NCBI GenBank assembly: GCA_011364905.1
Contig: RDNZ01000053.1
Location: forward strand, 1-16,600
DNA length: 16,600 nt
Reading direction: 5' to 3'
From: Candidatus Thorarchaeota archaeon
GTDB lineage: Archaea; Asgardarchaeota; Thorarchaeia; Thorarchaeales; Thorarchaeaceae
The position numbers were made by a program, and so were the translations under genes. Positions 7,570 through 15,711 of the stretch are shown in pieces. Below the pieces are notes generated by a model. It did no database searches. It was not told the origin of the DNA and saw only the letters and a list, made by a program, of their open reading frames with translations. Numbering within the stretch: position 1 is the stretch's first letter; every line of letters starts with the position of its first letter.

Positions 7570-8007
7570 ATGACTGACATTGATGATAGACAAAGAATTT
7601 TGCGTGCAATCAAGAAGTGTCTGATGGATGGAGATAAGCATTTTCAAGCGGCTCAAGATTCTCTTGATGAAGCTTACAGAGGATCTGTCGGAGTTGGAAT
7701 GACACCTCTATTAGGAGGGTACGCAATCAAGAACCCAAAGGACAATTATAGGCGAGCCTTGATCAATGTTGATTCTGCCGAAAAGTCATTGCTTCCTTTA
7801 ATAAAACGCTTCAGAGATGGAAGAGTCAATGCATCTCATTTCAAATCAGAAAAAGCAATGGTGATTCTAGGAGACCTCGCAGGGATGGACTATAATCTTC
7901 TCATCCACAAACTTGGCGAACAAAAAGGTCGTGAATCCACGTGGTATCGGTTGAAAGAGCTGAGAACTAAGATTGCAGAACTCGTGGACCTAATTGCAGA
8001 TCAGTAG
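7570..8007 (+). CDS. Hypothetical protein, predicted alpha-helical (145 aa)
   Basis: ATG with GAGG upstream, amphipathic helical pattern, co-oriented with neighbours. No family recognised. Confidence 0.8.
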   Translation: MTDIDDRQRILRAIKKCLMDGDKHFQAAQDSLDEAYRGSVGVGMTPLLGGYAIKNPKDNYRRALINVDSAEKSLLPLIKRFRDGRVNASHFKSEKAMVILGDLAGMDYNLLIHKLGEQKGRESTWYRLKELRTKIAELVDLIADQ

Positions 8008-8088
8008 TCTGCTGCAGAGCTAACAAAGATAATAACGATTCAATTGCAATCCCTGCTATCGGGGAAATCTGGAGAGTGGTCTTGTCCA

Positions 8089-8757
8089 ATGAGTAAATCC
8101 GGAAGCCATCCGCAACTTCTCGAAGAACTAGAGAGAGCTGAATCAGTTCTAGGGGATTTACTCGCAACTCTTGTGAGTTTAAACGCTGTTTTGAAACCAA
8201 TTGAACAAGATATGAAAGTGACCGATTTTGCTTCAAATGGAGAGTATGTTCAAGGAGTATCGAGGGGAATTGTTTGTGTACCATCGGGTCTGATCCAGGG
8301 TGATCCATTACAACAGATTATCGCAGAACGAGAGAAAGGCCGGAAATTTCCAGCGCTTATTAAAGCTGGAAACAGAAGCGAGTCGCCCGTTATTGTTGAG
8401 AGTATTGTTAACATGCTCCATGCAGAAGATGAGAAGAAACTCCTTGAGTTTGTGATTAATCTAAGATGGGCGGAGTTTCCTGCAGTTCTGGAGAAAGAGA
8501 ATACTATCATAATCGGAAATAGATACATGTCCGGAAGCCCGACTGAAATGGCCAATTTGCAGAAAAGATTGGAGGATCTAAACTTCTTAGTACTTAGAGA
8601 TAATGGGGAGTTTGGAGGTGGACCACTTATTTATGAAATAATCAAGTCATTCGAGGATAGACTAAATCTCCTGGTTGTGGAGTTGACTCTCTCTCGTAGT
8701 TCTGCAAATAAGCGCGAATCAGTGGTTGATATATTGGAGATGCTTGCAACCCTCTAG
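8089..8757 (+). CDS. Hypothetical protein with a degenerate N-formylglutamate amidohydrolase / Zn-exopeptidase-like fold
   Basis: ATG 8089 with GGAG upstream (ORF track start is TTG 8044). Motif order GIVCVPSG / PALIKAGNR / FVINLRW / IIIGNRYMSGS / LEDLNFLVLRDNGEFGGG / VVELTLSRS follows the FGase pattern PHSG / a.li.a..SR / llD.HS / d..lG...G.S / gy.v..N.pf.GG / a.QiEi.r. The CDS itself is well supported; the fold call is by eye. Confidence 0.6.
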   Translation: MSKSGSHPQLLEELERAESVLGDLLATLVSLNAVLKPIEQDMKVTDFASNGEYVQGVSRGIVCVPSGLIQGDPLQQIIAEREKGRKFPALIKAGNRSESPVIVESIVNMLHAEDEKKLLEFVINLRWAEFPAVLEKENTIIIGNRYMSGSPTEMANLQKRLEDLNFLVLRDNGEFGGGPLIYEIIKSFEDRLNLLVVELTLSRSSANKRESVVDILEMLATL

Positions 8758-8767
8758 GTGTTCAAAC

Positions 8768-11700
8768 ATGGGTTCAGAAAAGGAAAGCTCGGAGATGCAA
8801 TTGCCGTTTCCCCATGGAATAGAAATTGAGCTCCAAGTCATCCGAAAAGACGGCACCTGGATCCGTGGTGAAGATATTCTACAAGTCTTTGATGGGATAG
8901 TTTCAAGCGCAAAAGGCATCCTAGATAAGAAGATTCGAACATCATCTGTTGAGTCTGTGAAAAGAAAGTACAAGCAGTCAGCTCAGACGGAGGAAGGGGA
9001 GAGAGGGTCAAGAATAGTTGCAATCTATGACGACCCAAACAATGAACCTAAGGAGTATACGCTCTTAGGACACGACCCTAATGTGACCAGTCTAACTTGG
9101 ATTCTTGAAGTTGCCACACCACCCTGCACCACACTTGAGGAGCTCGCCTGGTGGGTTCAAACTCTTATAGCAATATCACAGGAATCGCTTCCCACTGATT
9201 CAAAGGCAATCTTGATTTCCACAGGCTTGAATCCAACTCAGGAATACGTGCGAAATCTATCTTTTGGAGAACATCATCATATACTCGGAAAAGCCAGTGA
9301 TGAGAGAACGAAGATTGCTGTTTACAATATGATCAGGAATTTTCTCCCACATTTGATTGCCCTCTCCGTCAACTCACCATTTGAGAACAAAAAACCAAGT
9401 GATGAAGTAGCAATATCAGAAGATGGAAGACTGCGTGCTCCTCGCTGCAAGAGATCAATCAGATTGTTCAGAAACACAACGCAAATGGGACCAACGAATG
9501 AGTTTGAATTGATTCCGTATTTGCGTGAGCCGGATAAGGAAGCATTTGCGCGTCATGTGAATCGAAGCTATGCCCGAATGGTTGACATGTATCCATTCAC
9601 TGACTATGGGACCATAGAGATACGTGTATTTGACACTCAATTGTCAATTCCGCGACGCATGGGCTTGGCATTACTGTTGCAGGCTCTAGCACTTAAAGCC
9701 AAACGTATGGTTGAACGTGGTGAAACTATTCCTGATGTTGGTTCAAAGTGTCTGGCCGCAAACAGAGACTCAGCATTATCAGCTGGCTTATGGGGGCCAT
9801 TCCGACCTGGAGAAGAAGACAAGAACTCAGACTATGTCAAAATATACAACCATAGCATTTCCGATGATGGTCTTGTCAAAGAGGGAAAGAAAAATCGCTT
9901 TCTTGGAGATGCAGTTGTTTCAATGCTTTATCTCATCAGAGATGAGCTCGAAGAGCTAAACATAATCGAGAATCCGTTCATCCAAGCTTTACTTGTCTCA
10001 GTTTTTGGTAGCGAATATGTTGAGGCAAGAACAACCGGTGCAGAATTCCAACTGGAGGTCTTCGCTCAGTCGGATAATAACATGGTCGTTTTAATGAAAC
10101 GCCTTTCAGAAGTAACAAGAGAGTGTAGTACAAATTGGTTGTATGATCCGCTTGAAGGAGCGCCTCATTTACCAACATGGTTGTGCTGGTGGAAAGGACT
10201 TGAACCTGAGATTGTCATCGGTGCAGAAAGAGTATTTGCTGGCCAAGATGTTCAATTCAGCATAATTACTCGAAACTCTACTGGGAAACAACTTGAGAAC
10301 ATTTCAATCTCCTATAGAGTCGAAGATTCGGAAAGAAACATCGTTGAGAACAATGTCCTAGCAATTTCCAGTATACATAATGGAGAAATCCAGGTTTCCG
10401 ATGTTTCTTTCAAGACACGGAAAAACATCACAGCATACAACATCATTGCTGAGGTTGCATTTGTTGGAAGAGTAATCAACCTGACAAGTACAATCAACAT
10501 GTATTGGATGAAAGCATCAATCAGACCAAGGACAACAACCCAATTCGCAGATGGAAAGACTCCAGTCCTATTTGATGGACAAATAGAAACAAACTATCCT
10601 ACTCAGACTAGCGTTCAATGCCAGATCAGTGTTATAGCCCCAAGTATAGAGAAAGTCTTGGTTTCATCTCGTGATGCCATGCTGGTTGAAAGTGGCGAAG
10701 TAACTAATTTGGACAATACAAAGTTTCGCCCAATCTTGGTCCCATCTGACAGTGCAGAGGGTGTCGAAAGGTGCATTCTTAAGCTTAGCCTCTTCAATAA
10801 TGATGGGACAGAAATCGCAGAAGCTATGTCAAAGCCATTCTATGTTGGATTTGTTAAAAGAGGACCACAAATCATCTTAGAAACAGAGCTGAAAAACGAA
10901 TATCAAGTGGGGGATTTGATATCTGGAGCCATACTCGTGACCAACTTGCAAAAACGAGTTGCTGCTGATACGAGGTTACTTCTGGAATTTAAAAGCGATT
11001 CTGGTAGAACACACATCATTGAGGAGTTCCTCAAAGAGGAACTCCAAAGCGGATCTGTTAGCTTTGCGTGGAAAGTTCCAGCCATATCCTTTGAAATCTC
11101 AGCCGACCGCGTAGGAGTACTCAAAGCTTCCTTAAAACAAAAGGGAGAAGTGATTGCATCAACCGAGTCTGAGAGATTGCGGATTGAACAGGTAACAACA
11201 AGAGTCAACATCGACTCTCTTAGAGTCACTAAACGTTCACACATTGGTGGGAAGGTTTCAGGATGGTTGAGAGTCCGCCGTAATACAGAAACTGGCGAGC
11301 CCGCCGTGCTTAATATGATGTTTGTTTTTCCTGATGGCGATGAGCATCATGTACTTAGTCAACCCGTGAAGCAGAGCAAGAACCTTTCAGTTGCGTTTGG
11401 TCCAATAGTTGTGCCTGCGCCAAGAACAAACACAAATCATAGAGTAATCACCTTGATAGCCGCCTTGAGTTATAATGGCGTTGAGGTTGATAAGCGTTCA
11501 AGCGATATAGATCTGATGGGCGGACCTCTAATCGAAATAGCCCAGATCGAATTCGTCGGTCTGCCCACCTTCACAGCTCCTGATGAGCTCATTCGGCCAA
11601 CTATCAAAGTAACAAGCAATGTTGATAGAAGAAGCAATTGCATTCTCTCAGTCGAGCTTGAATCTGTCGGTGGAAACAGGGAAATACTCAGTCAGGATTT

Positions 11701-12205
11701 GGAACTCAATCCTGGAGTGGAGCGACTGTTCCCGGTTCCTTTCAGGGTCCCATTGGGAGCAGAGATGAGCACAGCTCATTTGAGAGCAACATTACGATGC
11801 GATGAAAAATCGTACGAGAAAAGACAAAGATTCAAGATCAAAGCAATTGAGTCGCCGCTTTTCAAAATAAGATTTTCAATCCTGAATGAAGCAGGTGAAG
11901 AAATCCCTGGTCTAGTAGCAAGATTATCCACTGTGGAAATAGTGACAACTGTTGAGAGTATACGCGAGAAGATTGGAGAATTGACAGTCAAATTAAGAAT
12001 AATGTCACGGCGAGATGTCGTCAAGGAGTTTGAGGTTCAATTGCCTGATCCTGAGTCGAAGGTTAATGTTGTAAGAATTAGATGGATTACACCTCCAATC
12101 GACGTTGTGACAGGATATTACTTAGACGCCATTGTTCTGCAAGCTGAGAAGCAGTTACCCTCGAGGGCTGTAGATTTGGTCAAACGACAATTCACCGTGT
12201 ATTAA
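8768..12205 (+). CDS. GCS2-family (glutamate-cysteine ligase 2/YbdK-like) carboxylate-amine ligase fused to about 6 C-terminal beta-sandwich domains (~1145 aa)
   Basis: GIEIELQV (GxExE), LEVATP, STGLNP, FGEHHHI, LPHLIALSVNSPF, SIR, GTIEIRVFD and ANRDSALSAGL match GCS2/YbdK motifs in order. The remaining ~665 aa are beta-strand rich. ATG 8768 follows AGGTG and lies 10 nt after the upstream stop. Confidence 0.88.
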   Translation: MGSEKESSEMQLPFPHGIEIELQVIRKDGTWIRGEDILQVFDGIVSSAKGILDKKIRTSSVESVKRKYKQSAQTEEGERGSRIVAIYDDPNNEPKEYTLLGHDPNVTSLTWILEVATPPCTTLEELAWWVQTLIAISQESLPTDSKAILISTGLNPTQEYVRNLSFGEHHHILGKASDERTKIAVYNMIRNFLPHLIALSVNSPFENKKPSDEVAISEDGRLRAPRCKRSIRLFRNTTQMGPTNEFELIPYLREPDKEAFARHVNRSYARMVDMYPFTDYGTIEIRVFDTQLSIPRRMGLALLLQALALKAKRMVERGETIPDVGSKCLAANRDSALSAGLWGPFRPGEEDKNSDYVKIYNHSISDDGLVKEGKKNRFLGDAVVSMLYLIRDELEELNIIENPFIQALLVSVFGSEYVEARTTGAEFQLEVFAQSDNNMVVLMKRLSEVTRECSTNWLYDPLEGAPHLPTWLCWWKGLEPEIVIGAERVFAGQDVQFSIITRNSTGKQLENISISYRVEDSERNIVENNVLAISSIHNGEIQVSDVSFKTRKNITAYNIIAEVAFVGRVINLTSTINMYWMKASIRPRTTTQFADGKTPVLFDGQIETNYPTQTSVQCQISVIAPSIEKVLVSSRDAMLVESGEVTNLDNTKFRPILVPSDSAEGVERCILKLSLFNNDGTEIAEAMSKPFYVGFVKRGPQIILETELKNEYQVGDLISGAILVTNLQKRVAADTRLLLEFKSDSGRTHIIEEFLKEELQSGSVSFAWKVPAISFEISADRVGVLKASLKQKGEVIASTESERLRIEQVTTRVNIDSLRVTKRSHIGGKVSGWLRVRRNTETGEPAVLNMMFVFPDGDEHHVLSQPVKQSKNLSVAFGPIVVPAPRTNTNHRVITLIAALSYNGVEVDKRSSDIDLMGGPLIEIAQIEFVGLPTFTAPDELIRPTIKVTSNVDRRSNCILSVELESVGGNREILSQDLELNPGVERLFPVPFRVPLGAEMSTAHLRATLRCDEKSYEKRQRFKIKAIESPLFKIRFSILNEAGEEIPGLVARLSTVEIVTTVESIREKIGELTVKLRIMSRRDVVKEFEVQLPDPESKVNVVRIRWITPPIDVVTGYYLDAIVLQAEKQLPSRAVDLVKRQFTVY

Positions 12206-12293
12206 TTGAGATAGAGTTCTACGTCCATAAAATAGTCATAACTCTCATTTCCTCAAAACAAGGATTATGGAGTCGCTTTTTTAATGAAGGGGA

Positions 12294-12365
12294 GATTACG
12301 ACCTTTGCCGATTGATTCTTCGTGAAAATACGATTCGACATTTGCCGATTATTTGATGAAAATAT
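12294..12365. repeat. Imperfect tandem duplication, ~37-bp period
   Basis: GATTACGACCTTTGCCGATTGATTCTTCGTGAAAATAC (12294-12331) and GATTCGACATTTGCCGATTATTTGATGAAAATAT (12332-12365) share CGAC.TTTGCCGATT and TGAAAATA. Confidence 0.7.
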
Positions 12366-12405
12366 GCATATTGGCTAAGAAATTAACTGGAATTTGAGTC
12401 CCTAA

Positions 12406-12420
12406 GGAAAAGCTATAAAT
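12406..12420 (+). promoter_or_regulatory. BRE-TATA-like element (GGAAAAGCTATAAAT) upstream of the DUF92 gene
   Basis: Purine-rich BRE directly followed by TATAAAT, in the intergenic region on the sense strand of the next gene. Confidence 0.45.
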
Positions 12421-12552
12421 GCGAACTTTGAGCGGCAGATTGGTAACCGGACGAAACAACTAGGATATGATATATACTCATAGAACATTCAATGATGACT
12501 TCGACAATAATGATCCGAAACTGAAATCTTGAAAATGCTTGGATGTGAGAGA

Positions 12553-13479
12553 TTGTTCGATATATTGACCAATCCGGCCGTATCCGGATTATTGGTAATG
12601 GTGGTAGTCGGAGCTTTAGCATACAAGCTTCAATTTGTCGATATATCAGGCCTGATCAGTGCGTTTGTTGTTGGATTTACAATTTGGTATACCGGCGGAG
12701 TCGTATCCTTTGTTATCATCTTGTTCTTCTTTTTGAGCGCGGGCTTGGCAACGAAGATGAAATACAAAGAAAAAGCCCAGAAGGATTTGGCTCAGGAGGG
12801 AAAAGGAAAACGTTCGTGGATCAATGTGCTTGGTAGCGGCGTAATCCCGATGATGTTTTCAATTGCAGTATATATGACAGGACTTTCACCTGAGCTTGCA
12901 GCAGCAGGATGGCCATTTCTGTTGTTTGGCGGCTATGTTGGTGCTGTTGCAACAACAACTGCTGATACGCTAGCTAGCGAGATTGGGGTATTTAGTAAAA
13001 GCAAACCGCGACTCATAACGAATCTACGGCGGAAGGTACCGCGAGGCACCATAGGCGCAGTTTCACTTCTTGGTGAAGGCGCTGCTCTTTTTGCAGGTCT
13101 GTTTATCGGTGTTCTTGTTCTCTTCTTTGCGTTGCTCGCCCCAGGAGTGGTGCCAGCAATTACGACTACTGAGCAGTTGATTGTAATCGTTCCTTTGTCA
13201 ATGTTAACGGCATTCATTGGTTGTAATCTTGATAGTCTGTTTGGAGCTGTCCTTCAGAACAGATTCGTTTGTGAGATCTGCGGTGCAATCACAGACAAGG
13301 AATTTCACTGCAACTATGAAACGAAATATGTGGGAGGCTTCAAGAGTTTCTCAAACATGCATGTAAACTTAGGATCGTCTGGTATGGGTGCAACTCTTGG
13401 TGTTGTCCTCGGTGCAGGTCTCTTTGTTTGGATTCTTGGTAGTCTATTCTTTTGGGTAGCAGCATCATCCAGTAGCTAA
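12553..13479 (+). CDS. DUF92 (TMEM19/COG1836) integral membrane protein
   Basis: GKGKRSWINVLGSG, ADTLASEIG, PRLIT..RKVPRGTIGAVS..G, DSLFGAVLQ, CEICG..HC, FSNMHVN, multiple TM segments. TTG 12553 is preferred; alternatives are 12529 and 12535. Confidence 0.9.
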   Translation: MFDILTNPAVSGLLVMVVVGALAYKLQFVDISGLISAFVVGFTIWYTGGVVSFVIILFFFLSAGLATKMKYKEKAQKDLAQEGKGKRSWINVLGSGVIPMMFSIAVYMTGLSPELAAAGWPFLLFGGYVGAVATTTADTLASEIGVFSKSKPRLITNLRRKVPRGTIGAVSLLGEGAALFAGLFIGVLVLFFALLAPGVVPAITTTEQLIVIVPLSMLTAFIGCNLDSLFGAVLQNRFVCEICGAITDKEFHCNYETKYVGGFKSFSNMHVNLGSSGMGATLGVVLGAGLFVWILGSLFFWVAASSSS

Positions 13480-14814
13480 ACGAGTTGTTTCATCTTTGAT
13501 GGCAGCTTCCAGAGCCTCTGGAATCGTAAAACCATCTACAGATTTTTGCATGATTCCTGCAACCACCCACTCACTAAGTTCATTGGTGCCATTATCACAT
13601 TCTGCAAACTGCTGCGTTTCACCCTCAACCAGACGATACTTGTTAGCGGCTTCTCGAATTAATAGTAGAGCATCTGTAATCCGTTGAATTCTTCGGATTG
13701 GATTGGGTTTCAATGTTTTCTTGAGATAATTCCATGCACGATGTGAGATCAAGAGTATATCTACCTGAGAAAGAACAGGCTTCAGACGTTCTAGCCCGAG
13801 TTCCCAAAAGGGGATAGAGCACCTGTAGAAGACGGGAATGCCATTCGCTTTTGCGTTGGCTGCTATTGAAGACGCCACTTCGACGAATATTTCTCCGATA
13901 TAGACCGATTTAGCTCGTTCAAGAACTTTCCAAGGTACTTGAGAAGGGGATGTTATTGATAATGAAGTTGAGGGACTTATTCCCACAAGAATCCGAGAGC
14001 CCTTAGGCTCATCAATGATGATCGACTGATTTGTCTGTTTTCCATCCTCTACGAAAATGTTACGAACATCCACATCACCTTGAATTAGATTGGTTATCGT
14101 GCTCCAACCATCCATGTCATTGCCTACAGAGGAAACGAATGTCACCTTGGACCCGGTGCTTGCCAGAGCGAGCGCCAGTTCAGCAGAAGGACCACCAGAA
14201 TGTCTAGTAGGAGAACTACAACTTGTAAGTCCTCCAGGAGATGGTACCTGCTCGCATATTATGTTGGTATAATATGCAGATGCGCCGAATAGAAGAAAAT
14301 CAGGATTGGGGTAGTTTTTGGATCCATCGAGAATCGCTTTTGCTCTTGTTCGTGCAAAGATTTCGAAAAGCGTTGTTTCAGGTAACTGTTCATCACGGAA
14401 CAGGGTTGCTAATCGGATTAGGTAGTCTTCGAGTAGAAAAGCGGTCAGCTCTTCGACATCCGAAGGTAAGCCCTCAAAGAAGAACCGCGAGAGGCCCCAT
14501 CCATTTTTCGTTAGTTGATGATAGACAACTCGTTTGCCATTATGTATCGTACTTCCAGATGTAATTAGACCATAACTGCTGAGCGTCTTTAGATAGGCGA
14601 GGATGCTTTTATTCGAGTGTGGCAAGTTCTCAATAAGGTCTCTCTGCAATACGCGTCCGGTTTCATCGAAACTGGAGAGCACAGACCTAGCTAGTTTGGA
14701 TGCAAGAATTGACCGGATGAAATCATCACGCTCATCAGCATCAACAGGGAGGAAGAGAAGATAGGGCCAAAGAGACCCGTTTTTTTCTGTGGCTGTCATT
14801 CCCAACATCTTCAT
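13465..14814 (-). CDS. Winged-HTH transcriptional regulator fused to a degenerate PfkB/ribokinase-family domain
   Basis: N-terminal wHTH (QRDLIENLPHSNKSILAYLKTLSSYGLI...KRVVYHQLTKNG) and PfkB signature 1 (GGPSAELALALASTGSKVTFVSSVGNDMDG). The DTxGAGD motif is absent. Start 14814 or 14799. Confidence 0.8.
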   Translation of the reverse strand: MKMLGMTATEKNGSLWPYLLFLPVDADERDDFIRSILASKLARSVLSSFDETGRVLQRDLIENLPHSNKSILAYLKTLSSYGLITSGSTIHNGKRVVYHQLTKNGWGLSRFFFEGLPSDVEELTAFLLEDYLIRLATLFRDEQLPETTLFEIFARTRAKAILDGSKNYPNPDFLLFGASAYYTNIICEQVPSPGGLTSCSSPTRHSGGPSAELALALASTGSKVTFVSSVGNDMDGWSTITNLIQGDVDVRNIFVEDGKQTNQSIIIDEPKGSRILVGISPSTSLSITSPSQVPWKVLERAKSVYIGEIFVEVASSIAANAKANGIPVFYRCSIPFWELGLERLKPVLSQVDILLISHRAWNYLKKTLKPNPIRRIQRITDALLLIREAANKYRLVEGETQQFAECDNGTNELSEWVVAGIMQKSVDGFTIPEALEAAIKDETTRLATG

Positions 14815-14879
14815 ATATCGGTTTTTTCTATAGATTCAGTGTACAAAGCTGCCTATGTAGTTTACTAAAATACACTACA

Positions 14880-15677
14880 ATGGTGAAGAAGATGTCAGGA
14901 TTTACACGATCAATTGCCTACCCTTGGGCTCTTACTGGAATATTTGCGGCGGTGCATCTTGTTATTACACTAATTCCATTCAACCTAAGCGTGGGCGGAG
15001 GAGGAGAAATCTCGTTTGGTTTGGTTTCTGCACCAATCATTGGATTTCTGTTGGGCCCGATTTTCGGAGTGATTGCGGTTATGGCTGGTTCGCTGCTTGC
15101 AATGACTATCAATCCGCTGATAGCACTTCTAGGTCCATTTACCGCATTAGCTACGGCTGCTGGAGCCTTTGCAGCGGGTGCAATGAGGACTAGGATAAGA
15201 ATCAGTGTGCCTGTCATCTTCGTGATGGCCATGATAGTATATCTGGCCAGTCCGGTCGGGATTGCTGTACCAGTCTTTATTTGGTTCCATCTTTTTGCAT
15301 TCTTTCTTTCATTATTATACTTCATTCCCAAATTATCTACAAGTTTAATTAGCCCACTTAATCTTAAGCCGGGTGTTCAGAGAACAAGAGTATTTGCTAG
15401 TATTTGGGTATTCTGTCTTGTCGCAGTGACATTAGATCAGGCAGTAGGCTCTGCAATAGGAGGGTGGTATCTTCCACCTTTCTTTGGTCTAGCCACGATT
15501 GTAGGATTCTTTCAAAGTGCCGTCCTATTGTATGCATTTGAGCGAATTGTAGCATCCTTGATAATTGCTGTAGTAATATCAGCACTACTCGAGGTTCTCT
15601 CGAAAGCGGATTATGGTTTGCCACTAACGCGAATTGGTGGTTTTGAGTTGCTTGAACTACAAGATGAGGAAATCTAG
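14880..15677 (+). CDS. ECF transporter substrate-specific (S) component-like membrane protein
   Basis: TM1 GIFAAV, loop IPF..GGGGEISFG, APIIGFLLGPIFGVIAVMAGS (S-component LLGP motif), about 7 TM segments, C-terminal ERIVA. Substrate unknown. Confidence 0.75.
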   Translation: MVKKMSGFTRSIAYPWALTGIFAAVHLVITLIPFNLSVGGGGEISFGLVSAPIIGFLLGPIFGVIAVMAGSLLAMTINPLIALLGPFTALATAAGAFAAGAMRTRIRISVPVIFVMAMIVYLASPVGIAVPVFIWFHLFAFFLSLLYFIPKLSTSLISPLNLKPGVQRTRVFASIWVFCLVAVTLDQAVGSAIGGWYLPPFFGLATIVGFFQSAVLLYAFERIVASLIIAVVISALLEVLSKADYGLPLTRIGGFELLELQDEEI

Positions 15678-15711
15678 ACAGCACGAAGGAGTGGAGTGAA
15701 GAGCTCACACA

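Noticed and set aside
8726-8767. ORF-track start of the ligase at 8726
   Set aside because: Overlaps the upstream gene; ATG 8768 has an AGGTG RBS at proper spacing.
8719-12024. Minus-strand ORFs within the ligase gene
   Set aside because: Antisense shadows with no recognisable features.
8768-12205. Naming the ligase gshA, ybdK or pafA
   Set aside because: Family motifs are clear, but the architecture and pocket residues differ. No Pup-like GG(E/Q)-terminated ORF or proteasome genes are in the window.
12294-12365. Possible CRISPR remnant
   Set aside because: Only two adjacent degenerate units, no spacers and no cas genes.
13270-13311. CxxC...HC zinc-finger-like insert in DUF92
   Set aside because: A common feature of many prokaryotic DUF92 proteins.
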